From NCBI GenBank assembly GCA_036785375.1, contig JAWMAR010000045.1:7192001-7256000 (forward strand): a DNA stretch of 64,000 bases, written 5' to 3'. The number at the start of each line of letters is the position of its first letter. The stretch's first letter is position 1. The notes beneath the pieces are model-generated. The model was not told where the DNA came from. It did not search any database and saw only the letters and a list, made by a program, of their open reading frames with translations. This document shows positions 12,801 through 27,000 of this stretch, in pieces. The DNA is from Leucoraja ocellata (Eukaryota). Position numbers and translations under genes: made by a program.

Positions 12801-15800
12801 CTTTTTACTTTGTCTTGTGCATTTGAAAACAAGTGAATTCAGACATTGGTGTAATCAGGGCTGCCTCGTGTCACAGTGGGGAAAATATTGCAGTGTGCCT
12901 AACCCCCGAAAAATAGAAATGGTCTGCCTGCTGGTCACATTCTGTTAATGATTAAAAAGAGCTTGTGGCATTCCCTCTGCTTTTTAAACACAGCAGTGGC
13001 GATGGTGGTATCACAGTCACCTAGATTATTTTTATAAACTTACAAACTAATTTACTGTCAGGATTCACACCAGGTGCATTTATTCTGTTATAGATACATG
13101 TGTTTTTAAATCATCACTTGCAAGTGGTACCACTCAGCACAAATTTCAGCACCACTGTGCTTTCATCCAGCTCAGTATTACACTTTGGCACATGGTCAGT
13201 GCCCAAGAGAATATTTTACTGATGCCAAAATAATAAAATAAAATCAGCATTAATAGGTACATTCTGTGTTTGATACAGCTCTAATTTTAGGAGCTAACAG
13301 CCTGAAACTGTCTGTATCAGCAACGGATACATTTTCATGAAGTCCCATTGCCCATTTTTTTAAAAAACCAAGACATACATTATACAGGTTAACACTTCAT
13401 TAAATTAGGATGGAAAGGAATTTCATCTGAATGTGTTAATACTGCATAACACAATTTCAACACATATGCAGAATAATTATCTGCCTGCTGTTTTAACATG
13501 CTGAATAATGCATGTGCTAAATTCAATTCAGTGCTTTTTTTAAATATAGTTGTTAACCCATTTAAAATAAAATGGGTTAATAAAAATATTAAATAGTGCA
13601 TAGAGAAGTTTAAAGCAAATGTCAAAAATAGCACAGAAAGGAAATTAAACCCCCAAGTGTTTTTATATTGTAATGAGGTGTGTGCTGCAGTGAATGTCCC
13701 AAAACAACACGCAACGTAACGTGAGAATATCAGGAACCACTTCTGGTCGCTTTTTGAATGAAGCCTCTGTTATATTCAATATTTAAAGTGAAGCCAGGGT
13801 GATTTTATGAAACAAACTTTCCATCCAAGGTTTTGACTTTGTAGGCACAACTTGTTTTCTAAATACATTCACTTGAAACAATTGTTTCGAGACACTTGGC
13901 TTGCTTGTTACAAGTCAACCAAAGTAGAAGTTTTTAAAGGTTTAAAACAAAAGGCAAGAGAAAAATAAGTTGGGTTATAACGAGTAAAAATGTGTCACTC
14001 ATCTGCACGCTTGTTTATTGAGTAGGCAGTGTATAAAAGGTGCTTTGTCTTTGCCAAGTCTTAAAATATTATCCTTTAGAATCTAAGCTTGGGGAGTCAC
14101 AAGGCACCTGTTCGAATGGATGTTCCAGTCTTGGAGAATTCCGTACTCAAAACATCAAATGTCTTATGATCATTGGCAGCAAAGAGCCTTTGATCTGTCC
14201 TCCATGTTATTAACATTAACTGCCTGACTAGCACAGCCAAATCAGACAGAGGCAGATAATTTGGGGTGAAAACTCGCTTCCACACAGCATGGATCTCCGA
14301 CTTAAGAATACTGTGCTCTGGACTGAATCAAAAGACTTTATATCCGTTAACCCAGAGGCTGGTGAAGGAGTATTTTGACCTCTATAAAGCCTGAGAAAGA
14401 TGACACCGTTCACAATTTTTCAAGGGGAAGTGAGGAATAAAAATAAAGTTCAGGAATTGCACCATTTGTTCTTGTTTGCAATATTCTTTGAATTTTTCTT
14501 TTAAATGCAATTTAGAATATGTTCCTTCGCCTTGGGTCAGGTTAGATGAATAAGATGAGCACATTAACAATTGAGCTCCTTTCCTATCAAATTATTTTTA
14601 ATCAGTGTTTCCTCAATTTGATTAATGGGTTGCTTGATTGAGACACAGCTCAAAATATTTATAGAACATTCATCTCTGATCAAAATGCAACAGATACATT
14701 TTTCCCCCCACCCCAATGTAAAAGGTCCATAAAGTATCTGTTTAAGATCAGCATCCATCAATGCACTGTTGTATGGCACAGCAGACATTATTTACAGCTC
14801 CTTCTCCAATAGTATATCTGAAACAGCTGCTTAAGGAGTCTATAGCTTCTAAAGATAGTATCACATAGATGGTTTAGCATATTTTTGGATTAGTATTGGA
14901 AAATACATATCTTGAGGTTCCAGTGCAGGGATTTTGTCCTTTTTATTTTTTTTGAAAATTGATGATCTGAAAACAATGGCACCACATTTTGATAGCTGTG
15001 ATTGTCACAAACAAATTAGAATTCAGCAGAGAACTATGCGATTGCATTTGATGGCGCTGTCACAAGCAGGAAAACCTATCGACTTGGCTGTTCCTAAATA
15101 TTCAATCTTTCTGCATTTTCTTTGCATAATCACACACGCGTGAAAGAGGAGATACGACAGATAGAAGCCAGCAAAAAAAAATACAGATCGAGATTTGCGA
15201 GTTTATTCCATGCAGTCGCTCAGTTTGAGATGTGCAATAGCAATAATTTAATGCAGCCGATTTTCACTAAATTATTTTTTTCAACACCATATTTGATTTA
15301 CTTAGATAACTCAATTATTGTTTTTTTTTTCCATTGTTCTTTATAGAATTAGGCAAACTCAAATGCAGAGACCTTTGTTATGGTCGGAACCAAACGTTGG
15401 TTGCATTCACAGTTTTTAAACTGCCCAGTCATTATAATTACAGCCTATTTAGGCAACCCTTTTTTCATTAGCAATTGAAGCAAAATAATTCAATTACAGG
15501 AGCACAGCCTGGTTCAAGTCAATTTACAATCAAAGTTCTTCATGAGATCCTCTCTGTTTATTGTCTCATGGTGTTTTCAATTCACTGCCTATGTCAATCG
15601 GTTTCAAATCCACCTTCTCTGTGCAAATTACAATGATTTTTGTTAAGGATTCACACCTTGCTTAAAAATTGAATTGGTGTAAAAGATCCTGGTTTTGAAA
15701 ATGATACAATGAAAAAATAAATGGTTTCCATACATTGTTTTGTAATTTTGTATTTGATAAAATAAAATGTTTAGTCTCACTTTGCTAATGCGACGGTAAT

Positions 15801-18800
15801 CACTAGTTTTTGTTTAAACAATATGAATTATTTTAACACATTTCACTACACGCCTTATACTAATCTATAATTCTCTTTCAATAAAATTAATGAAAAGGTT
15901 ATTTTTCCAACAAATGAAATTTGAGTTGACTCAAAATTAAACCACATCTTATCTTAAAGTTAAACTCAGTTAACCTAGCGTTAAAGAATAAGGCAGCTTG
16001 ATAGTTTATTTTGCTCTGAACTGAACTGCCTAACCAGTCTTTCTAAATTCCCAGCTCTGCATTATTACTTTCATTACATTAAATACCTTAAATGCACAGA
16101 GAAGATTTTAATTGATTTCAATAATATTTAATTAATCCACTGAAATAACAATTTTATTCTCCTAATATCCTCAAAACAAGGTTTTCAAAAATTAAATTCT
16201 GTTAGTACGCAGTCTGTAAATCAGTTTCTGATTTCCAAATCAGTATTTAAGTGCTACAAATCAGATAACTGATAAACAATCACAGTAGGAACAGATTTTT
16301 TCTGCTATAGCATTATTCTGTGGATTGCTTTTTTGTACAAATGTAACATGTATATTGACATAGAACATTATTATTTGGGAAACATATATTCATATTGTAT
16401 CTCAAGGTATAACCATTATTCAACTGATTACCGGTGAACAATTATCTGTGAAAAAATCCCCACACAAGGACAATAATAGGAAAATGGTTTGTGGATTAAA
16501 GTTTTACCATTTTACAACTGTGCTGCCTTTATGCGTTTTGTCATTATATTAATTTTAAAACCAATGCCTTTTGTGTGCTTATTTTACTACATTTATGTTT
16601 GCTTGATTATTGTTTATTTTGTTTTAAAATTAGAAAGATAAAACCATGAGCTAAAACATGAGAGCACTTTATTACATGCATCATATAAAATGTTTAAATG
16701 TAACTAATAATTTGTCATTTAACTTAGAAGGCAGGCAGTCTTCAATGGCTCATCACACACGGTACAGTCTAGCCTTGGTTCATGAGATAATTATAAATTA
16801 CCTCCCCTCCTTCGCAAAAAGAACAAGAGTGTATATTAAATAACATGTTTTTTTGTGCTGTAGTTAGGGATATTGTCAAATGAAACCTGATTTAATTGAA
16901 ATTTGAGAGTTGAAGCCTGTCAGGGCTGAGTATGTTTCCCAGTCCACCACTTGCGTGCGCGCAGCAAGAATTTATAGCACGAGAAATGTTAACGCTCCAA
17001 TGGGTTGAAGTGGCAACTCGCGCATCGATCGCGCTGTCTGAAACAAATTTTAAAATGGCTTAATCTGCCCTGATAGATGAATGGTTTTGATTTCCCATTG
17101 CAGAGAAACTTGATTATAAAACATATTTCAAGTCTTTCTGCGTGTAGATAATGATTCATTAATCAGTGCTTTCATTAACCTCCTACTGTCTCCCCAAACA
17201 TACACAGTCCTGTTTTCTGAAATGCAATAGGGAAATGAATGCACAGAAAGTGACACATTAATGGCAGCAACTCAGATCCTCCTCCCTGAAACTTAATTAT
17301 CTGCTTGTCTGTGGTGGTTGCTGGGCTATAGTGGGTTTTCAGCCAATTGAAATTTAAAAACAGAAGGAAACTGTTTTATGGTCTATTAGGACAATTCATT
17401 CCCAAATCCTCAAAGAACTGGACTATTATTTCTGTGTTGTTCATTGCATAGCAGAAGATTGAAATTAGTCTGAAATTAGATATTTGGTATGTTTCACTTC
17501 TCATTGCATTTGCTTAAGTCGACAATTAATATTTTACAAATTACATATTTTCTAAATTAATGGGAGGCTTTACCACGTATGCTAAATGAATTCATTATTA
17601 TTCCAGGGTAAATAATGGAAGCAAAATCCTCGAAATTTTTACTTCCTTTAAAAAAATACATACATTACATACATAGATTATTATTTACTGTGTTGTCCAA
17701 ACAAAAACTACTAGACAATATAATCCTATCTGAATGCTTATATTTGGAGTATTTTTCTGTATTTTCCTCATGATTCTTTCAAAGATATGCTCGTAATTTT
17801 CGTTCCATTGGCTCCTTTCCGTGGCAGTGAATAAGATAGCGCTGCCAACTAATCTCATCTTGAGCAACCAAAGGGCATTTTTCTCGACTGCTTGCGATTG
17901 TTCCATCAGACAATATCAAAGCGTGCTGTTATATAGGAAATGGTATCAGGAGGTTGAAGAAAATACTCCTGATGTTTAAGGCTAAGAACACATGCACATC
18001 GAAGCATTTATAGAGGAGATAAGGATGTTGCTCTGCTAATGGTTCAGCTATCACCTGTCCTTTCCTGTCACTCTCCAGCACTCAAACCTCAAGACTGCAA
18101 TTTATTGTGACGAGGATTGTTGGTGTGTGGTGGTCAAGGGTGCAGAAAACTGCAGATATTCTGATCTATGGCTGTGCGAATCCTTCCTAGTCTTGAAATG
18201 CAAACTTAAAACACATCAGGCAATTTATAGAATGCTTTTTTGGAAATTGCACAAAATCAATAGCATTATGAAGCCCCAAATCAATACTGACATTTTCAAG
18301 GGGAAACAAATGAGGCATTTGAACCTTTTTAGGGTGCAATCCACTAACTGTCATGCACAACCGTTTTTCACAATGACCGACCAAAGCCACAATATATCTT
18401 GTGCAGGAACTCAACAAAATAAAGTATGGTGTAATAAAAAAAAGAATAAATATATGAATGTCTCAAAAATGTTTATATTTTATATTTTGGTGCAATAATT
18501 TTACAACGTAAAATGGGCTTATTCATGAACAGTAGTTAAGTCACATCTTCACATGGATCTTTTGGTGAAAAAAAGTGGCAAATACCTTTTTTTATAACAA
18601 CTTGCTTCACATGTTCAGCTCTGTAAAGTGGAACCGCCAACGAGGTTCTGTTTGTGATTCTCAAAGACTGCTGTGACATTTTTAGCAATTGGGTAAAGAA
18701 TTATCGATTTATATAAGATGTGTTTTTTCTTCCCTTCGTGTTCTCGGTCCCTTCCTAACATTCCCTAATTTGTAACAGTTAATAATAATCTATAGGTTTC

Positions 18801-21689
18801 CATAGAGGGTTTTTAACCTGATAATGTAACACAGATTTGGAACACAACGAGTTCCTGATAAGCAGAGGTCCACATCAGCTAGAGACTGAAAAGCATTCAT
18901 ATTGAATCTAGAACCATTTTATTTATCTTTATAGCTGTTTCTTTACACCTTTGATCATCTGCTCACAGCTTCTTTTTGAGCAGAAACTTACTGCACCATC
19001 GATCACACTTGCAAGAAACGCAGCAGGAAAAAAATACAAAAAAATGGTTATGCCTTCTCAAATTTAAAAAACTTTTTGTAAGATGATACGGTATTTTGTC
19101 TTGATTTGAAGCATCTAGATGCGTTCGTTTGCAATCAATGAAACTTTAATCACCTATTATTTTCATCCGAACTCAGAATAGCAATGGGCTACACAAAAAG
19201 AGTTGCAGAAATATGTGGTCAGCAGAATTGGGACGGCCACTACTGGAACCATCGCCTCCTCCACTACAGATGGTTTGTAACTATGAACCAATACCTTCTG
19301 ATTTGACTGCCATCCAGTCATTGTTATGTGTCAGGTCCTGTTATATTTGGATGGCTCCTTTCTCTACTTCTAGCTGTGCATGTACAGGCTTATGCACGCA
19401 AACTAGTGATTACTGTACCACCACATCACTGCAGCGCAATGCCAGCTGACTGACTTTCTGCCTCACTGCACATTTGCATCACATTACTTCTGCTATTCTA
19501 ACTCTTCCAGTTCTGAACACCATCAATTATGCAAAAGAATAACAGAGCCATGGCTTTGAGATGTAACATAAAGGATGATTATGATTGTAAATAATTTAGA
19601 CACCTGCGTGCCATGCTCCTTTTACCAGTGATACTAGCCCAGTGCAAGTAATGTACCGACAGGGCAGGTTCCTCCTCCTAATGTGCTGACAGCTCCCCGT
19701 ATACTTTAAAGCCAGCAAAGTTGCTGCATTATTCAGCCAGTAGTCTCTTGTCACTACTGAATTTCAGAATATACTTTTCCCCATCTATTCCTATTCATAC
19801 TTTAGAGCCAGGAATATACATAAGGATCACTCCAAGATGGTTCATTCTTAAATGGAGATCAAATATAACGGTAGCCTTTTTGAACATCCATAGCAATTTG
19901 TCAAAACTACACCAACACCTTTCTTTGTTAAGAGGCAAAAAGTTAATCCCGTGCCAACATCACAAGATCCTCAAGTCTCCCCAGACTTGTGAAATGCAGC
20001 TGCAGTCACGTCACTGAAGCTAATGGGAAGCTTGCGTGTTACTGACCAGTTCTCAGATTTTTTTTATCCTGCGCTAAGGTCATCCTGTGTAGTTACAAAA
20101 TTTTAATACAAGTTTTTCTCACGCTACCACAGAAAGTAAAAGTACTTAAAATTATTCCATCTCTTTAGAGGTTACAAAGTGAATAGATACATTTGCATGA
20201 ACATTTCAAATTCATAAAAAGATTAATAGCATCAGAGTATCATTGCAGCATCTGTAACATCATGTTTTAAGCACTCAACGTAAAATTAGCTACCTCTCCT
20301 TTTGACAAGTGCAAGGTTTATTGAACGGTCCCCATGATGTGAGAATGTGTAATCTGCTCCTATTTTCATCCTAGAAAAGCTCAACAATTTCGATAAAAAT
20401 CCTTGCAATGGAGCAAAAATTATAGTTCCGAGGTTGTTTTGTAGCAGATAACCAATCACATGCCATGTGGTTAAATATCCAGGAAATGTACAAACCAATG
20501 CATAGAATTAGAATTCTATGCTGGATCTTAAATACCACAATATGTTTCTCAGACAATTTAAGAAAATTACAAGCTCACCTCCTCACATTCTATTTCTGTA
20601 TAAATATTGTACTATTAAAAAGATCAGATAATTCTAGAAATGCATTGGGGGGGTACATTTGATAACATTTGTAATGGCTTTGTTGATTAATGATTCTAGT
20701 TGGGAACTTTAAAACAAACTGGAAATCTGTTAAATGGTTTATACCCAAAAAGCTAACCTGATCTTTTTACAAATGCTCTCATCTTCTTTCGTTCCTTTAA
20801 ACCATAGTGGATAAAACATTGCAGAATTATTGGCCTTTGTAAAGGAAATTATAGGTTTAATTGTTATACTATAGACCTATCAATAGAGCTAGGATTATTT
20901 TAAATGGGCTAAACCCAAAATTAACATCTCTTTATATATATACCTCAACATTTTCTATCATTGCTTTATGCAAACTGTTATGCCTTGGGAGAGAAAGACA
21001 ATTTTATCTGCACTTGAATAGATTTCAAAGTTTATTTTTGATTACCTCAATTAGAATTTAACCATTATACGAAAAATAATTTAACTGCAAAAATATGGAT
21101 AATACAGAGGTGGTAACTTTGGCTAATTCATACTGTAGGAAATTTTAAAAAAAAATGAAAGCATCATAGAAACACAAATGCATTTCCCTCCCATTCAACC
21201 ATCAAAAATAAAAAATATTCTCATCATCTAAACAATGCAATATTCTAAAATGTCCACAATGAATAATTTTGCGGGATAATTTAAACATTCATTAAAGGCA
21301 ATCTGTAATTGACATGGTATTTTTATATAAAAGGAACCAAATATTATTGTGAAATAAAGGCAGTACAATTTCCTCAAAAACTCCTATACTGTCCATGTGA
21401 AATTTGCATGTCCTGCTTAACACCAGCTCACAGGGAATTTTCATATTTTTTTATTGGCAATAAAATGCAGATTGTAACATATTTCCTGGTGTGAAATTTG
21501 AATCTTTCTTCTGACACAATTCAAGCCAAAGTCCAGGCAAAAATTTAGAAAATGTCGTACGGAGATGGAAAATCTAAAATATACTGGTTTCTTTAAAATG
21601 TGTTGGCCTCTCTAAAAAATCCTATACAAGGAAGGTGTAACTTTGAAGTAGTATATAAAAAGTACGTAATAATATAGCATATTTCACAG

Positions 21690-21985
21690 CCCTTTCAATG
21701 CATTACAAAACTAATGAAGTACTTTCAAATGTAGTCGGTGTTGTAATGCCACAGCCAAAAAATTGTGAAGAGCAGGCTCCCACAAACACTGAATGTGTGA
21801 TACAAGATAAACTGCTGAGTGACACTGAATAAGGGATGATCATTGGCAAAGGCATCAGGAATAACTTCCCTTTTCTTCCACAAAGAGAAGCTCTGGGATC
21901 TTTAACATTCAACTAAAATAAAATTAATCAGACGCTCAATTTATTTCCCCACCCGAAATACGGTCCCTCAGTACTGCAATGAACT
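21690..21985 (-). mobile_element. DeuSINE (SacSINE1/AmnSINE-like), degenerate
   Basis: Minus strand has TGCAGTACTGAGGGA, the Deu-domain-like TGTTAAAGATCCCA, GTTTGTGGGAGC and CATTACAAC..ACTACATTTGAAAGTACTTCATT. Confidence 0.75.
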
Positions 21986-23599
21986 ACTACTACGGCACGG
22001 CAAACATTGAAATATTTACTGCTTTAGGCTTTGAAGAGGATCAAAATAAATAATATTCTCTATAACCTAAATTAAAATGACCGCAAACTTTATAAACAGG
22101 TCAGTGAAGGATAACCTGGATTCTGAATTCTGTAATTTTCCACCTAATATTTACAAATATACAAATAGTGAATCCAGCTTTGGTTGAAGCCTTTGTTGAC
22201 AATTAAATAAATGTTTAATTCGTTGATAACTGGAACAGTCAGCAGTCAAATGTATGTATTATTATGCATATATGAACTGATTGTATATTCATGTCTGCAG
22301 AACATTGCTTCCATAGCAAAAGACTTATTCAAGCAGAAGTAATCATTATTTAAATCTGTAAATCACTGCAACTACGACTTTCCTAGATATAGTAGTTATT
22401 GTTTTTTTTTAAAAAAGAATTCTTTAAATTAATAGCAAAGAGCTACTTTCATCTAAATTAATATCAGTATATTAAGACAATTTCCCAACATGTACAAGCA
22501 TAATCTTACATGTAACAACGAGCAATAGATTCTGCAAAATCCTTATTACTTGACCTTTTTCTCGTTTTTGTTTTTTGTTCAGTTCCAGTGGCGATTTAAA
22601 AAAAAAGACATTTTTACTCTGTGTGTACCAAAATTGATTAGTAATCTACGTTCATATTTTGAATGCCATGTGGAACATTCTTAAAGCAAAATTCCATATT
22701 CTGCATGTTCGACATTTACTGCCAGTTTATCAGATGTGGAAAAATCTGAAGACAAGATTTTTTCCAATAGGACTTCTTTCCAGCGAACCTTTTCTCAGTT
22801 TTTATTTAAAAAAAACAGTTGAAATTAAAAACATTATGCCAGATAAATCCTCAGACTTTTCACTGGATGGATTTCCACTGAATATAATTTTTCTTAAGCA
22901 GTGATACAGCGTCCACATGTTTGCACATTATGGATACGCCAACACCACCACAGAAGTTCCGATTAAATGGAATATAAATTAACATTTCTAACAGACATGC
23001 AATTGACTTTAAGATTGAACAAAATTAATTAAATTGCTCAAAAAATTACATTATAGACTGAACTGTAAGCTAGACTGCTCACTCTGAATTGTGTTAAAAT
23101 AATTCAGATCAAATTCGGTCAATCTTACTAGCTACCGGTAATCTTTTTACAGGTAATTTAAAGTTTTTAAGAAACACCATGTTATCATTTGGATATCTAA
23201 AGCAGCTAAGAAGTCAGAATAAGATCAATATCTGTATATATGATGAGGCATGGATTACAATATTAGATGCATTGTGTAACAACCTCAACAATAAACATGA
23301 CCTAAAACATGAGCACAATTAAATTAATTCAAACATATTTTTTCTATTGACCTAGGGCATACAATGAACTCTTCAGCCGATTTTAAAATCAAGTGCAGTC
23401 AGTTGGTGTTAATGCTAATGAAGAGCAATGATTTAAGGGAGGTTTGGATCTAAGTATAATTGATTAAATAACCATTGTTGCATCAGTGCAATTCTGAAAC
23501 TATTTTACATCGATGATGGCGATTAATAAACAAATCTACAATTTCACTGTGATAATGTACCCATATAGTCTAATAACATAATCCTTTCTATTGCAAGAC

Positions 23600-24015
23600 A
23601 AAATTCAGCGGTGGCCCTCCTTACTTTGGGACAGAAGGTTGTGTGATCCACTCTAATGACCCGAGCACGTTATCCAGGTTGACTATTCGTTGCAGTCCTG
23701 ACAGAACACTGTATTTTTGGAGATTATAACTTTCAAATGTGACCTTTAGTTAGTCAAGGTCACTTCTGCCCTCGTAGTTTCATGTGCAGGATCATAAAGC
23801 CGTGTTTAAAGTGTGGCAGAGGGAGCTTTCTTAGTGCTCTGCTCAATTTTTAATTCCCCCATCAAAACTAGATAAGATGGTCACCTGAAGTTTATTGCTG
23901 TTTGTACAGCCTTCCTGTACACAAATTGGTATTTCCCTACGACATTCGTCACATCATAATTAAAGGTTATTTACTGGTTGAGAAAGATGCAATTGAAATG
24001 CAAGTTCGTCCTTTC
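23600..24015 (+). mobile_element. DeuSINE (SacSINE1/AmnSINE-like), degenerate near full length
   Basis: CAGAAGGTTGTG..GAGCAC..ATCCAGGTTGAC..TGCAGTCCTGA..CTGCCCTC..ATTGCTGTTTGT..CAAATTGG..AAATGCAAGT, collinear with the recalled SacSINE1 layout. Confidence 0.7.
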
Positions 24016-27000
24016 TTATGGCATCTATATATTGTGCCAAATGATCTGCCACGTACTGTGTGGTGTTTTGCTCTTTCACCAGAGTATCTACATGGGGTGA
24101 TATTATGATCTGTCAGTGGTGTAACTTCACATGTGTGTGATCTTAGTCAGAGTGCACATTGGACTGATGCATCTGTCCATTGTCGAATTGCAATCGGTCA
24201 TTGGTGCAGTTACAACCCTGTTATGTTGTAATCTACACGGTAGGCTGCCGTGGGTCACTTACACAATGTAGTGTTATGATCTATCGTAGATGCACCTACA
24301 CAATATATTGTTCTGCTGCATGGCCGGCGTACTTTCACAATGTGTTGCTGCAATTTATCAAACCCATATTTGCACAATATAACGTTAAGATCTAACACCC
24401 TATGCATCGACATATTGGGAAAATATGCCCACTGCAATGGAACAGTACAGAAGGGTCCTGTATATACAATCTATAAATGCTCTATCTCCACAGGGTGACA
24501 TGTTTTCTTTTGTTGCGACTAGCTTAACCCATAAGCATATGGTGGGCTGAAATGGTTCTGACTTCCAGCTGCCATCACCTCCACTGCACTAAGTCCAGCT
24601 ACTCGCACAGCACCAGAACAAGTACTTCAAGCACTCCAGCTTATTAATCCTCTGAGGGCTCAAGGACTTTTCAAGCCTCTGTGAAGAAAATGTGGTTTGT
24701 ATCGTCTGTCTGTTAATAAAAGAATGTGATAAAGACAAAGCACAGAGCACACAAAAGGTGAGTAGTTTTGGATTGAAAAGGAACATTTGGAGCTTTGGCC
24801 TTTACTAGATGTGGGGCAAAGAAAAACCCCACAAAAAAAATAAAATCCTATTGCTCTTCTGACCCAGTTAGAGATCTTCATGGATATTAAGCAACCGCTT
24901 ATATGAATAAAATCTCCAGCTGCTACCATTTATGAACTGGAGTGGACAAAGGGGGAAACTAAAGGCTAAAGGGGTAGGTTATTCAAATAGACTTTACTGA
25001 TGGCAAGTCAACGGCTAAGTCCCCAGTAACCAGCTCAGTCTTTCCTGCTTTTCCCATGGTATTTTCCGCCCTAAAAAAGCAAACTAATTCCTTCTTTCAT
25101 TGTTTCTCAGGCCTCGTCAGCACATGATTGAACAGGGAGGGGGCTGCCTAATACCCGAGGTAAACCTGAGAATGTGTTGACATCTTAGGAAAACAAGAGC
25201 TAGCTTTTCTCTGAAGTCTGATCCACTTTTCCCACCCCCCTCTACATACACACAAACTGGCCTCCTTCTCTCACAATCTCTTCAAAACTGCTGATGAGGA
25301 GGCCTTGGGACAGTTTGAGGTCCTGCTTAAGATCCATTCATCTCATTAGTTTTAAGCCGATTAATAAGAATGGCCAGTTTGCCCCCTGGATATTTAAGTG
25401 AAGAAGTTAGCTGAAAGATCTTAACAGAAGGGTTTTGTACTCAGGACAATGATAAGGTGCCTTTCTAAATCCTTCATTGCTCTCCTTAGGATTGTAAATT
25501 TGCAACCAAATGAATTGGATTGGTCAAATTGTGTTCTTTGTGCAATCGATTTAATTTGTCATACATACTGAAAGAAGGAGAAAAAAAAATCTTTGATTAT
25601 TGATTGCAATAGGAACGCTGCACACGTTTGTAGAATTTCGCTTCTGAAATCTGGTTCCACTTCTGTGTAAACTGGTTCTACTAAAGTCAGAGTACAACCT
25701 GCATATGCTACTTCCTAATGCATTTAGCATATACAACAGATAACTAATTCTTCCTCCAGAATATGTTTGTATCGTATCGTTCAACTTTGAATAGTAATTG
25801 TACACAATGCAGAAACCTTCGTAGCCGCATAAACAGATGGTCTGCTAATATTTTTCTCCTACAAATAATCATAACATTTTTTCTTTAAACTTGGGGAGGT
25901 TAGACTAAAATGATTCAAGGATTAAAAGCCGAAAGATACGAGATCTTTGGGGCCACTGGAGATGCACACTCCTGAGAAATGCCAGGCACAAGACTCGATA
26001 GAGGTGTGAAAATGGGTGCCTAACCACAACATCTCGAATAATTAATATTGCGGCGTAAAGCTATTGGATACTGAGAACCTGCAATATGATTGCAGTTATA
26101 GGCACAGTAAGGGTCACAGATATCTACAATGTCTCTCTGTTTTAGAAATGATCAAACAAATTTCAGTGCAAAAAAAACTATTTCATCAGTACAAAAAATT
26201 GCATTTATATACCTGGATATGAAGCTGCATTAATGAAGTAATGCTACACTAAAACCTGTAATTTTATAATATATTACAATACCAAAGCAATAACGACTCT
26301 TTTCAAAGTATGTAAACAATGCAAAAACATTTAATATGTCTCACAGGGTGCAGATTAAAAAATTAAAAACTGGAATACATTCATGGTGCTGTGTATAAAT
26401 TTAAAATGGCCGCGGCACTTTCTAATTTGCACTATAGGGAGATAGAGATTTTTTCCATTGTCTTCCTCGCTGTCATAGGGTATTGTGGTGCAGGAAGGGA
26501 GGAGGGTTTAATTCATCTGCAATAAATTAACATCTAAAGATTTGCAATCATCCACCTTTTTCCATAATGGAAGAAGCTCAGAGAAACTGCAGCACGTCTG
26601 GCACCTTTGCAATCTTAAAGACATTTACATGCACAGGCCCCTAATGGTTGTGCAATGGATTTTCAATTAACAGCTTGGGTTTACTAAAATATAACCCATT
26701 TTTATTAAAATACATAGGTTCTTTAACAAACAGAAGCCAATCGTCAAATGTCTGCCTAATATTCACACGGCAAATAGCATAACAATCCCCTCTCCTACGC
26801 CTACCATCTAAAACCCTCGCCGATTGTTGCCGCATCTCTGAAATAAGTCGAGCAGAATACATTATTCTATACATTTCTCTAAGATTTTTCTTCTGTGAGC
26901 CGAGTACCTGTCACCCTTTCTGTTATAGAGGTGGATAGGTAGTGAATCCTACCTCTTATTTTAACGTAACCCACTAAACATGCTGTACCCCATCTGATTC

